A stretch of DNA of 64,000 bases from Dehalococcoidia bacterium (GTDB lineage: Bacteria; Chloroflexota; Dehalococcoidia; Lucifugimonadales; UBA3495), in the NCBI GenBank assembly GCA_965247605.1, contig CBDFHM010000011.1, forward strand, positions 86,932 through 150,931, read 5' to 3'. Shown one piece after another: positions 17,429 through 26,872 of the stretch (position 1 is the stretch's first letter; each line of letters opens with the position of its first letter). The notes below the pieces were generated by a model. It saw only the letters and a list, made by a program, of their open reading frames with translations. It did no database searches and had not been told where the DNA came from. The translations under genes and the position numbers were made by a program.

Positions 17429-17638
17429 GGTTTCCCTCCTGTGGGAAATCAATCTTGAAGTGATTAACATCCTACGGACTGCATAATGGACTGTCAAGAA
17501 GAGAATAATATTTATGTAGTAACGAATATTGTAAACCAACCCTCGGACCCTTGGGCACAGGCATAGCGGGCGGCAGGATTTCAGCTTAAGATGTACTCCT
17601 CTGAGACACGAACCACCCGACATTTACGGAGGCAGGCC

Positions 17639-19948
17639 ATGACCTACGCGGGCCAATCGGTAAAGAGGTTTGAGGACCACCGTTTGTTGACTGGCCAGAG
17701 TTCCTACGTTGATGACCTGAAGTTTCCGGGCCTGCTCCACGCCGCCGTTCTTCGCAGTCCCCATGCTCACGCCAGCATCGAGTCTATCGACGCAACGGCC
17801 GCCAGTCGGCTGCCCGGCGTAGTGGCGGTTATCACCGCCGATGACATTCAAGGAGTCGCGTCACACATCCCCACTAGGGCAGCAACCGACGCCGACGAGC
17901 TGCGCCCTCCCCGGCACCCGGTGCTGGCCACCGGCAAGGTCTGCTACGTAGGCCAGGCGGTGGCTGTGGTAGTAGCCAAAGACCCTTACGCTGCTGGAGA
18001 CGCGTTGGAAGAAATATTGGTGGACTACCGGGTGCTTCCGGCCGTCATCGATCCGATGGAAGCCGTCAAAAAAGAGACCACGGTGGTACACGAAGACCTG
18101 GGCAGCAACGTTTCTCTCCAAACCGTTAATTCCGGTGGCGATTTGGACGCGGCCTTCGCTGCCGCCGACCATACCGTGAAGCAGCAGTACGAAGTGCAGC
18201 GGCTGGCCCCGGCGCCGATGGAGCCCCGGGGAGTGGTGGCCGATTACCGGAAAGACGAGGACCTGCTCACCGTTTGGGATTCCACTCAGCACCCCCACGA
18301 AATCAGGGACCACTTGGTCCATCTGCTCGGACGGACCGAAGCCAACGTGAGGGTGGTCGCACCCGATGTCGGCGGCGGATTTGGCGAAAAAGGATGTTTG
18401 TTCCCCGAAGAGGTGGCCATCCCCTACATTTCCATCTTGTTGGGCCGACCGGTCAAGTGGATGGAGTCCCGGCAGGAAAATATGTTGTCGTTCCACGGGA
18501 GAGGTTACACCGTGGAACTGGAGGCGGCGGTCAAGAACGACGGAACCCTTTTGGGCATCAAGGTCAACATCGTGGCCGACCTTGGCGCTTACTATTTTCT
18601 ATCGACGCCGACTATCCCGGTCCTGACCAGCCACCGCCTCACGGGCCCGTACCAGACCCCGGCCATGGCGGTGCACGTGCAGGGCGTAGTGACCAACAAG
18701 CCGCCAACCGGCGCTTACCGCGGTGCCGGAGGGCCGGAAGCCGCCTTTTGCATGGAACGCACCATCGATCTGATCGCCGCCGACCTCAATCTGGACCCGG
18801 CTGAGGTCAGGCGCCGGAATTTCCTTCCACCCGACGCCTTCCCCCACGACACGCCCACGGGCATTACATACGATTCGGGGAATTATGAGGCGGCGTTTGA
18901 CCGCTCACTGGAAATGGCGGACTACGAGGGTTGGCGCCGGCGTTCTGCCGAAGGTAACGCCGCCGGTGGCCCGTTGATCGGTGTGGGCTTGGCCACGGTG
19001 GTAAAGGGGTCCGGGGCCCGGGGAATCGTTCTCACCGACCACGCTCGGGTAATTATCGAGCCGTCGGGAGAAGTCACTGTTCACACCGGGGTTTCGCCCC
19101 ACGGGCAGGGAACCGAGACCACCTTCGCTCAAATGACCGCTGACGAGCTCGGCATCGGGCCGGGCGACATCCGGGTCCTGCACAGCGACACCGACGTCCT
19201 GCCCGCCGGTGGGGGAACCTCGGCCAGTCGTGGTCTGATCGCGGGGGGCACGGCCCTGCACGTCGTCCTGCAAGAAGTCAAACAGAAACTGGCCTTCATC
19301 GCCTCTCATTTGTTGGACTGTCCGCCGGATGATGTATCGTTTCGGGAGGGACAGGCCGTCAACCGCTACCGGCCCAATCGAGGCCTGCCCTTCTCCCAGG
19401 TTGCGGCGGCCGCCTACAACGAGGAGCTCCTGCCACAGGGAGCCGAGCCGGGCCTAGACTTCAAGGGAACAAATACGTTGGGGAAGAGCCCATACTCCTT
19501 CGGGGCCCATGTGGCGGTGGTCGAGGTCTCCCGGGAAACGGGTACCATCAAGATCCTGAAGTACGCGGCGGTCCACGATGCGGGCAAGATCATCAACCCG
19601 ATGTTGGCGGAAGGTCAGGTACAGGGAGCGATCGCCCAAGGGCTGGGCCAGGCGTTGTTGGAGGGAATGGTCTACAGTCCCGAAGGCCAGCCGCTAACCG
19701 GCAGCTTGCTGGACTACGCCCTGCCCACATCCACCAACACGCCCGACTTCGATCTAGAAACGATGGAGACACCTTCACCTATAACCGCACTGGGTGTGAA
19801 GGGCATCGGCGAACTGCCGACTTTGGCGGCCCCAGTGGCAGTTGCAAACGCCGTGATGAACGCGCTATCCGGCGCTGGAGTGCGCCATATCGACACGCCC
19901 CTCACCCCGGAGAAGGTCTGGCAGGCCCTGCAAGAGAGCGGGAGCTAG
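17639..19948 (+). CDS. Molybdopterin-binding large subunit of the xanthine dehydrogenase/CoxL family (form-II-like AYRGAGG motif)
   Basis: GGAGG RBS before ATG 17639. Has VKRFEDHRLLTGQSSYVDD, GGGFGEK, PTGAYRGAGGPEAAF and GIGELPTLAAPVAVANAV. Confidence 0.9.
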   Translation: MTYAGQSVKRFEDHRLLTGQSSYVDDLKFPGLLHAAVLRSPHAHASIESIDATAASRLPGVVAVITADDIQGVASHIPTRAATDADELRPPRHPVLATGKVCYVGQAVAVVVAKDPYAAGDALEEILVDYRVLPAVIDPMEAVKKETTVVHEDLGSNVSLQTVNSGGDLDAAFAAADHTVKQQYEVQRLAPAPMEPRGVVADYRKDEDLLTVWDSTQHPHEIRDHLVHLLGRTEANVRVVAPDVGGGFGEKGCLFPEEVAIPYISILLGRPVKWMESRQENMLSFHGRGYTVELEAAVKNDGTLLGIKVNIVADLGAYYFLSTPTIPVLTSHRLTGPYQTPAMAVHVQGVVTNKPPTGAYRGAGGPEAAFCMERTIDLIAADLNLDPAEVRRRNFLPPDAFPHDTPTGITYDSGNYEAAFDRSLEMADYEGWRRRSAEGNAAGGPLIGVGLATVVKGSGARGIVLTDHARVIIEPSGEVTVHTGVSPHGQGTETTFAQMTADELGIGPGDIRVLHSDTDVLPAGGGTSASRGLIAGGTALHVVLQEVKQKLAFIASHLLDCPPDDVSFREGQAVNRYRPNRGLPFSQVAAAAYNEELLPQGAEPGLDFKGTNTLGKSPYSFGAHVAVVEVSRETGTIKILKYAAVHDAGKIINPMLAEGQVQGAIAQGLGQALLEGMVYSPEGQPLTGSLLDYALPTSTNTPDFDLETMETPSPITALGVKGIGELPTLAAPVAVANAVMNALSGAGVRHIDTPLTPEKVWQALQESGS

Positions 19949-19997
19949 AGCCTGAAAGTCCTTCGACAAGCTCAGGACGAACGGAGAGAGTCGGCTG

Positions 19998-20528
19998 TTA
20001 GGATGTCTTGGCTGGCTCCGCCTGGCAGGCGTCTTCGACAAAACCCGCAGCCTGGGTCCACCGCAAATTGTCTGAGTCTTGCGTAAGACCTAGCTTTGTT
20101 CCTTGGGAGTCCTCGAGGCCAAGCGGGTGGTAGACCAACTCGACCAGGTTGTTGTCGGGGTCGCTGATGTAGGTGTAGTGCTCGTTCGTGTCTTCCCGGC
20201 GTCCCTGGTACGGATCATCGCCGCCGGTATTGTTGAATGAGCCACCGGGAGAACGGCTGTAGGCCACGCCCAGCACATCCAGTTGGGAGAGCATCCCGTC
20301 CCAGTCCTCCACCTCTACCGCGAAGTGGACCCTAGGTACTTCGACAACTTGGTCAACGTCGCTGGTGTGAATCTCGCCGGAACCGATGCGCAACTGGAGT
20401 TGCCGCTTGTTCAACGCCGGCCCGCGGTCCAGGAACTGCGCGCCCAACACCTGTTCGTACCACTCCCTGGTCCGCTGGCGGTCCGTTATCTGAATGTTGA
20501 TGTGGTGGATCATGGTGATTTTGGACAT
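19998..20528 (-). CDS. VOC/glyoxalase-family protein
   Basis: IHHINIQITDRQRTREWYEQVLG...HFAVEVEDWD...HYTYISDPDNNLVELV. Confidence 0.8.
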   Translation of the reverse strand: MSKITMIHHINIQITDRQRTREWYEQVLGAQFLDRGPALNKRQLQLRIGSGEIHTSDVDQVVEVPRVHFAVEVEDWDGMLSQLDVLGVAYSRSPGGSFNNTGGDDPYQGRREDTNEHYTYISDPDNNLVELVYHPLGLEDSQGTKLGLTQDSDNLRWTQAAGFVEDACQAEPAKTS

Positions 20529-20652
20529 CCGTCAACCTCCCGCGTCCTATGCGCTTCTGGCAAGAAATTGTACACATTATCGGTCATAGCGAACTCGGCT
20601 ACAACCGCCGGATCACCGGTTTACCTCGATCACCGAATTTGACCGCCAGCGG

Positions 20653-21987
20653 CTATGGAGTCGGTCGCTCTCCGGTAAGCACGGAAAGGGTCTGGCTGGC
20701 GACGCCGCTCTGCAACAGGGAGAAATGGGGGTTCAACTCGAGCGCGCGTTCCAGGTGTTCTCGGGCTCTCGCTCGATCTCCAAGTTCGTAATGAATCATG
20801 CCGGAATGGTAGTAGAGCGTGGCATCCTGAGTCCCCAACTGCATCGCCTGGGCGATGGCCTCTGCCGCTTCGGCGAAGCGTCCGTTCTTGTACAGGGTCC
20901 ACGCCAGCGCATCGTAGCCGTAGATATCTTGACGGACCTCAAGCTCCAGCACCGCGTGCTCAAGGGCTTCTTGCGGTTTCAGGTCATGGTCCGCATAGAA
21001 AAGGGCCAACTCCCGGTTGTACGGCTGCTGTCCGACCGCAGGCAAATAGGCGACTTCTTCCACAGCGTCATATTTCAACCGGGCTTCATCGGCCTGGCCG
21101 GAAAGCGCAAGCAGGTCGCCCAAGGCAGCCATAGCCTCGATATCAGGATAAACCGATAGGGAACGTTGGAATAGCTCCTTAGCTGCGTCGTCGTCGCCCT
21201 CGGCCGCTCGAATATGGCCCAGACCGGTCAATGCTTCGTGGTAGCCAGGGAAATCATTAAGTGCGGCTTGGAAGTATTTCTCCGCCTCGTTGAGATTTCC
21301 GGCATCGAAGTAAATATCGGCCAACTCGTGGTTGGCCCAGGCAGAGTTTTCCGTCCCCCTTGGCGCGGCGGCCACCGCCAATTTCATAGCTTCTACGGCG
21401 CCATCGGCGTCACCCGTTAGGTTACGAACGTAGGCAACGTTGGCGTACGAGGCCAAGTTGGGTTTCAGGTCGACCATCATCTGGAAACTGTCTGTCGCCG
21501 CAGCGTACCGGCCGAGCTCGGCTTGGGCGCTGCCTAGGACTCCGTAAGCGTCGGGGTTGATTCGGTTGACCCCCAGGGAGCGCTCCGCCCACTCCATGGC
21601 CTCGGCGAACTCGTGGCGGGCCAATGCCACCGAACCCAACGAGTTCATGGCGCTGGAATTTTCGGCGTCCAAGTCCAACGCGCCAAACAGCGCGTCTTCC
21701 GCTCGGGCGTAGTATCTGGGCGCTGATGTCTCTCGCCCCTTCTGCAGATAAGCTTCAGCTAGTTGGATGTGAAGGTTGGGGTCGACAGGCCGCAACGCCA
21801 GCCGTGCCTGCAGGGCCTCTATCTGGCCGTCGGTGGACTGCGATTGGACCCGAGCGCCTGAGGTACTTGAGGCGCCGCTCCATTCAACAACAAGGCTTAA
21901 GGCCCAAACAACGATCAGGATCGCCCCGAGCAGCACCAGGCCGTAGGGTAACCGTCTCAAGACTCGCGATTGGAGAATTCCAGCCAT
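20653..21987 (-). CDS. Membrane-anchored TPR-repeat protein
   Basis: N-terminal TM (LPYGLVLLGAILIVVWALSLVV) followed by about 10 TPR-like A..Y...G....A repeats. Confidence 0.8.
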   Translation of the reverse strand: MAGILQSRVLRRLPYGLVLLGAILIVVWALSLVVEWSGASSTSGARVQSQSTDGQIEALQARLALRPVDPNLHIQLAEAYLQKGRETSAPRYYARAEDALFGALDLDAENSSAMNSLGSVALARHEFAEAMEWAERSLGVNRINPDAYGVLGSAQAELGRYAAATDSFQMMVDLKPNLASYANVAYVRNLTGDADGAVEAMKLAVAAAPRGTENSAWANHELADIYFDAGNLNEAEKYFQAALNDFPGYHEALTGLGHIRAAEGDDDAAKELFQRSLSVYPDIEAMAALGDLLALSGQADEARLKYDAVEEVAYLPAVGQQPYNRELALFYADHDLKPQEALEHAVLELEVRQDIYGYDALAWTLYKNGRFAEAAEAIAQAMQLGTQDATLYYHSGMIHYELGDRARAREHLERALELNPHFSLLQSGVASQTLSVLTGERPTP

Positions 21988-22080
21988 TATTCGACCCCTG
22001 ATTTGAAAATTATAGTGCCTGAAACTTTGTTGCCCGGCGCCGCCCAGACCAGGCGACGCCGAGCGTAAGGCGAAGGGCGA

Positions 22081-23712
22081 CTAGTCGCTAACTTCGGAAT
22101 CGTTGTGAGAGTCCTTGCGTCGCCGCCAAGCGAACACTCCTCCCAGGAGTAATCCGCCACCGATTAGAGCGGCGTTGGTCGACATGATCATGGCCGAAGG
22201 GCCCTTACCGTGATCATGGCCGTGGTTATAGGCCTCGTGAGGCGTGCCGAGGTAGGGGAAGCTGTCCAGGTACTCCACATCGTTTTCCTGGACGTTGTCG
22301 GTGACCTCAAGAGAAGCTAGGCAGAGGTCGTTTTTCTCGTCCAGCAATTCCAGAACTGCTCCTGCGCCGGCCCGGGCGAAGATGTCGGCCACATCGTCGC
22401 CGACCCTGCGCCCGTTGGGGAACCCGGCTACGTCACCGCCAAACACGCCGAGGGGATGCGGATCGGCAGCTACCGGGACATCGAAGTTTAGGCGAAGCAT
22501 ATCGGCCTGGACCGGTCCACCCTCTTGCTGGGTATCCTGAGTGCCGGGAAGCATCAGAAGTCCCGCAGGAATGCCCTTGAGGAGGACGAGGTCGAGGTCA
22601 ACCCGCTCGTTGACGGGCGTTAGGCAGGAGTCTGGTGGGTTGTTCAGGGCACCAACCAACACCGGTATAAGTGCGGCTGCGCCCTGGCTCGATGCCGGGT
22701 TGATGATGAAGTCGGCAAAATTTTCACCGTCGTCCTTGGGCTCCGTGGCGTTGAAGCGGTCCTTGTGTTCCAAAGGCATGAGCAATTCATTGACCAAGGG
22801 GTTGCCCAGCCGAGAAACCTGAACCATTGACCGGGATGTCCCGCTCGGCCTACCACCTTCATTCCGTATGGTCAGCCGGGGCCGGCTGGCCGAGGACCAA
22901 ACGCCGATGATGCCGTCGGTGTCACCCGCGGCGGCGAATTGGGACTTGGGTATTTCCAGTGCTATCGAATGTACGTTGAACCCGCTGAAGGTGTCGAATG
23001 CCGGGTCGCGCAGGTTCAGCAGGTCGAAGAAACCCATCAGGTCGATGTAGAACCCCTCGTCGCGAGGGCCCACGAATACCTTGCCGCCGTTGGCTATGGG
23101 ATGGATGGCGGCATCGGCTAGGGCTTCGTAGAGAGGGGGCTTGGTGCCGGTGGAGACCGGGCCTACGTTGGCTGGGGCCACGCGCGCGTCCTTCAGGAGC
23201 ACCGTGCGGCGCATTTCACCACCGTCGTCGCTGCTGTCGTCGTCATGGTCCCCAGCAGCCACGATCTCGGTCAGGGTGAAACTCTGTTGTACGTTGAGGT
23301 TTTCGTATTGGGATGAGGGGTCGCTTGGATCAGAAGGTAGGCCGATCTTCCCGGCGTTGTATAGAATTGTGTTACCGTTGGCGACGTTGTTTTCGAACTG
23401 GAACTGGTACGTGATGTCCTCTTGGGCATCGCCATCGACATCTACCATGATCTCGTACAACGCTTGGTCGGAGAACCGGTAATGGGTAGGCCCGTTCCCC
23501 GGCTCCTCCATGGGTATGTAATTCGCCATGAGGGTTATGTAATCGGAGCGGCCTTTCTCCGTGCTGACGAAGGCGTAGACGTCCGTGTTATTGACGGTTG
23601 GGTCCTCCGCGATTAGCGGCGCATCATTATGGCTGGAGCCGCTAACTACCAGAGCGGAGATTCCTGCCATGATGAGGCCCGCCACCACAGCGATAAGGAT
23701 TTTATGTCGCAT
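22081..23712 (-). CDS. DUF4331 secreted protein with C-terminal TM anchor
   Basis: Signal peptide, then SSHNDAPLIAEDPTVNNTDVYAFVS (the DUF4331 signature start). C-terminus is LIGGGLLLGGVFAWRRRK. Confidence 0.8.
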   Translation of the reverse strand: MRHKILIAVVAGLIMAGISALVVSGSSHNDAPLIAEDPTVNNTDVYAFVSTEKGRSDYITLMANYIPMEEPGNGPTHYRFSDQALYEIMVDVDGDAQEDITYQFQFENNVANGNTILYNAGKIGLPSDPSDPSSQYENLNVQQSFTLTEIVAAGDHDDDSSDDGGEMRRTVLLKDARVAPANVGPVSTGTKPPLYEALADAAIHPIANGGKVFVGPRDEGFYIDLMGFFDLLNLRDPAFDTFSGFNVHSIALEIPKSQFAAAGDTDGIIGVWSSASRPRLTIRNEGGRPSGTSRSMVQVSRLGNPLVNELLMPLEHKDRFNATEPKDDGENFADFIINPASSQGAAALIPVLVGALNNPPDSCLTPVNERVDLDLVLLKGIPAGLLMLPGTQDTQQEGGPVQADMLRLNFDVPVAADPHPLGVFGGDVAGFPNGRRVGDDVADIFARAGAGAVLELLDEKNDLCLASLEVTDNVQENDVEYLDSFPYLGTPHEAYNHGHDHGKGPSAMIMSTNAALIGGGLLLGGVFAWRRRKDSHNDSEVSD

Positions 23713-23981
23713 ACCGGTTTCCTCCGATTGGTTTTGGTTTCCAGGACCATCTCAAATTGGTCCGAAGATGAAGCGTTTGCGGATACGGTCTATGCTGGGT
23801 AAGGTCCTCCTTTCGTGCCTAAACTCTGCGCCTTGTGCCTTTAAGCAGCAGGTCCCCGTTGATCCATGCGAATTTTTCGGACTGTTGGATCATCGCGGTT
23901 TGGGAGGGCAATTGAAGCGGGAATGATCTGGAGCCGGCCCGAACCTCGTAATTTCTATGTGAGGCCCGTTAAAATCCACAT

Positions 23982-24551
23982 ATGAACCGGGAAACCGCCA
24001 CCGATGAAGAGCTACTTCAAGCACTCCAGCAGCAGAGCATCGAGGCCCTCGAGGAGTTGTATGATCGCCACCACCGCAGAGCCCTGGCGGTGGCGTATCA
24101 GGTGTTGCGGGACAGTCAGTTAGCTGAAGACGTGGTGCAAGAGGCCTTCTTGGCAGTCTGGCGTCGGCCCGAGTCGTTCAGCCCCGACCGTGGAAGGGGC
24201 CGCTCCTGGCTGCTAAGCGTGGTTCGACACCGGGCGATCGACTTTACTCGAGGTCGCTCTTTTGGCTGGGAACGCCTATCGTTGGAGGAAATTGAATTCG
24301 AGCCACGCTACCCCGATCCGTGGCAGGAGGTGAGCAGAATCCTGGAGCGAGACCGCATTAAATCGGCGGTGGATTCGCTGACCCCGGAGCAAAAGGAGGC
24401 CATCGATCTGGCTTATTTCGGAGGCTACACGCAGCGGGAGATATCGGAGCTTACGGGTACGCCCCTGGGGACCGTAAAGGGCAGAATGCGTTTGGGACTG
24501 CAGAAGCTCCGGGGAATCGTCGCCCCGCCCGACAGCGGAGAGAACGATTAA
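23982..24551 (+). CDS. ECF-type sigma-70 factor
   Basis: Region 2 (LAEDVVQEAFLAVWRR...WLLSVVRHRAIDFTR) and region 4 (EQKEAIDLAYFGGYTQREISELTGTPLGTVKGRMRLGLQKLR). Confidence 0.9.
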   Translation: MNRETATDEELLQALQQQSIEALEELYDRHHRRALAVAYQVLRDSQLAEDVVQEAFLAVWRRPESFSPDRGRGRSWLLSVVRHRAIDFTRGRSFGWERLSLEEIEFEPRYPDPWQEVSRILERDRIKSAVDSLTPEQKEAIDLAYFGGYTQREISELTGTPLGTVKGRMRLGLQKLRGIVAPPDSGEND

Positions 24552-24585
24552 CCAATTACCTTTTGAAACAAGGGCCGTTCATTCG

Positions 24586-25383
24586 ATGCGGTCAGACGAC
24601 CTGGAAGAGCTGGCCTCGGCCTTGGCGTTGGATGCGATGGAGCCGGAGGAGCGGCAGGAATACCTGTTGCACGTCGAAGGCTGCTACCTTTGCCAGGGGC
24701 TAGTCGGCGAGTATCAGGGGTCCGCAGAGTTGTTGGCGGAAGCGTTGGACGATGTCGTCGCCTCTCCCAGTCTCAAGAGCCGGATTTTCACTGAGGCGGC
24801 CCGAGATGTAGCCGCACCCGCCGCCGCTCCACCCCGGACTACTAAAGCTGTAGGCGGATGGACTTGGGGTTGGCCGAGTTGGCCGCATTGGACAGTTTTG
24901 CGGCCGTTGCGGCTGTCGGCGGCCCTGGTCGTGGTGGTAGCTGGGCTGGTGGCCTGGAATATTTCCTTGCAGGTGGGTGGTGACGGAACTTCAGAAATCT
25001 CTCAGCAGCAACAAGCGGTGATAGACGCTATCCGCGAGGGTGGAACGGTCTACGAACTCTCCGGCACCGACGCCCTTCCACAAGGAAACGCCAGGGTCGT
25101 GGTGGTCAACGAGGGGAACGTGTTGCATCTTCTGCTTCAAAACGTGGCCCCCCTATCCCAGGATGAGGTGTTCGAGGTCTGGAGCATTAGAAACGAGGTG
25201 CCGGAAAGTCTTGGTACGTTCGCCCTCTCCGCAGGCTTGGAACATTTGGTGACGTTGGAGACCGATATCTCAGGGGAGAGCGACATTTCCGGCGCCGATG
25301 CCGTAGCGATTAGCATCGAGGCGAAAGGCGGCAGTCCCACCGGCCAACCCCAAGGCCCCATTGTGCTCCAAGGTCCGGTCTAG
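24586..25383 (+). CDS. Anti-sigma factor (zf-HC2 N-terminus, one TM, RskA-like C-terminus)
   Basis: HVEGCYLCQ, TM LRLSAALVVVVAGLVAWNI, and the extracytoplasmic FEVWSI...AISIEAKGGSPTGQPQGPIV. Confidence 0.8.
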   Translation: MRSDDLEELASALALDAMEPEERQEYLLHVEGCYLCQGLVGEYQGSAELLAEALDDVVASPSLKSRIFTEAARDVAAPAAAPPRTTKAVGGWTWGWPSWPHWTVLRPLRLSAALVVVVAGLVAWNISLQVGGDGTSEISQQQQAVIDAIREGGTVYELSGTDALPQGNARVVVVNEGNVLHLLLQNVAPLSQDEVFEVWSIRNEVPESLGTFALSAGLEHLVTLETDISGESDISGADAVAISIEAKGGSPTGQPQGPIVLQGPV

Positions 25384-25393
25384 CCGGTACGCC

Positions 25394-26872
25394 TTATCTG
25401 TGGATAACCACCGGAAGGGTCAGTCCCACCGCCACCAGCAGCGTCCACAGCGCAGGCGCCGACGTCATTAGCTGCTCCTTTCGATTGGCAATTACCGCCG
25501 CTCCCGCTTGAGTGCGAGTCAGCCACCAAGGACGGTAACGGGCTTCCAGGAAATAAAACATTAACCCGAGCCCGACGCCGAAGGCCAGGTGGCCGATCAA
25601 ATTAGGAAAGGCGTAGGCCACCGAATCGATGGTCCACTTGGGACTCCCGCCAAGAAAAACCGGCATCAAAGTCAGCGGGCCTAGAATCGACCAGAAGAAC
25701 CCGTATGAAACTCCCCAACCTAGGGCCGAACTTATGTTGTAGCTGTGTCGCCGGAAGAGCAGTCCGTAACTCATCCCGACCATGGTGGCAATAAACAGAT
25801 GGACGAAGAACCCCGCGACCTTGGAACTGGAGCCAACCAGGTCAGCCACATCGGGCAGGAACCCGGTCTGGAGCATGATCAGACTAAAGATCAGCCCCCC
25901 CAGCCAACCGCCGACCACACTTCGTCCCACGATCCTGAGTCCTTGGGTGCCGATCCCTTCGTTGTCCTCGCCCCCTAGGTGGTCTGAAAAGAGGATATTC
26001 AGGACCGATCCGATCCACTGGTAGAACAGGGCCACGGCCGCTCCGAACAGAAAGTAGCCCGGCAACGCGGCCGAGACCTGCCGGACTTCGCCCAGCGACC
26101 AGGTCAGTCCGGACCCGCTGAGCAACGGCACCACGGTCAGTCCGGCCGCCACCCACCAGAAGAACCCGTAAACAGTACCGCGAATCAGTGCGCCGCCGGC
26201 TCCGTCTGTGGGATTGGGGTAGAGCACCGCGTAAACGCCGCCTGCCAGCAGTCCAATCAGAAGTGTGATAAACCAGGCGCCGACCCGCGAATCCCCGGCG
26301 GACATTGAGGCGAAATTCAGCAACTGGTCTTGGGAGTTGAGGCACACGGCCAGAAGCACTGCGGCCAACAGCCCGGCCACCATGCCCCGGGCCAGGCCGC
26401 CCGGGGTGGCGAAAAACACCCGGTTGGGCACTCGGGTACCCACCCGTCCCGCCCACTGCAAGGTCAGTAGCGTCAGGGCGGTCCCCGCTCCGTACAGCAC
26501 CAATGCCAGCAGCAACGGGAACGCAGACTGAGCGGAAGGAACGTCCCAATGCAGTCCATCACCTTGCAACAAGGGTTTCAAAGTTAGCGGCCCCAAGTAC
26601 CACCAGAAGACTCCATAAGCCAGGCCCCAGAACAAGGTCTCACCTACTCCCGGCCTCTGGTACCAGACGAGCACCCCGAAACCGGCCCCAATCACCGTTC
26701 CGGCCACTAGTGAAACAGCGAACCCGGCCCCCGGAGAGCTTGCCCGGAACAACTGGGCGATTTCGCCAAGGCGGTCCATCTCCCACGCGGTAACCGCAAA
26801 GATCACCCCGCCGACCAGTCCAGACAGGGCGCCAAGCAGCAGCCCCGTTCTTGCAGCTTGGTCCAATTTCAC
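25394..26872 (-). CDS. Polytopic membrane protein built from three copies of a roughly 150-aa 4-TM module
   Basis: The repeats share the block G.(A/V/S)YG.FWW..GPLTL.P...G....W....(A/V)..AFP. Examples: GLAYGVFWWYLGPLTLKPLLQGDGLHW; GTVYGFFWWVAAGLTVVPLLSGSGLTW; GVSYGFFWSILGPLTLMPVFLGGSPKW. Confidence 0.75.
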   Translation of the reverse strand: MKLDQAARTGLLLGALSGLVGGVIFAVTAWEMDRLGEIAQLFRASSPGAGFAVSLVAGTVIGAGFGVLVWYQRPGVGETLFWGLAYGVFWWYLGPLTLKPLLQGDGLHWDVPSAQSAFPLLLALVLYGAGTALTLLTLQWAGRVGTRVPNRVFFATPGGLARGMVAGLLAAVLLAVCLNSQDQLLNFASMSAGDSRVGAWFITLLIGLLAGGVYAVLYPNPTDGAGGALIRGTVYGFFWWVAAGLTVVPLLSGSGLTWSLGEVRQVSAALPGYFLFGAAVALFYQWIGSVLNILFSDHLGGEDNEGIGTQGLRIVGRSVVGGWLGGLIFSLIMLQTGFLPDVADLVGSSSKVAGFFVHLFIATMVGMSYGLLFRRHSYNISSALGWGVSYGFFWSILGPLTLMPVFLGGSPKWTIDSVAYAFPNLIGHLAFGVGLGLMFYFLEARYRPWWLTRTQAGAAVIANRKEQLMTSAPALWTLLVAVGLTLPVVIHR

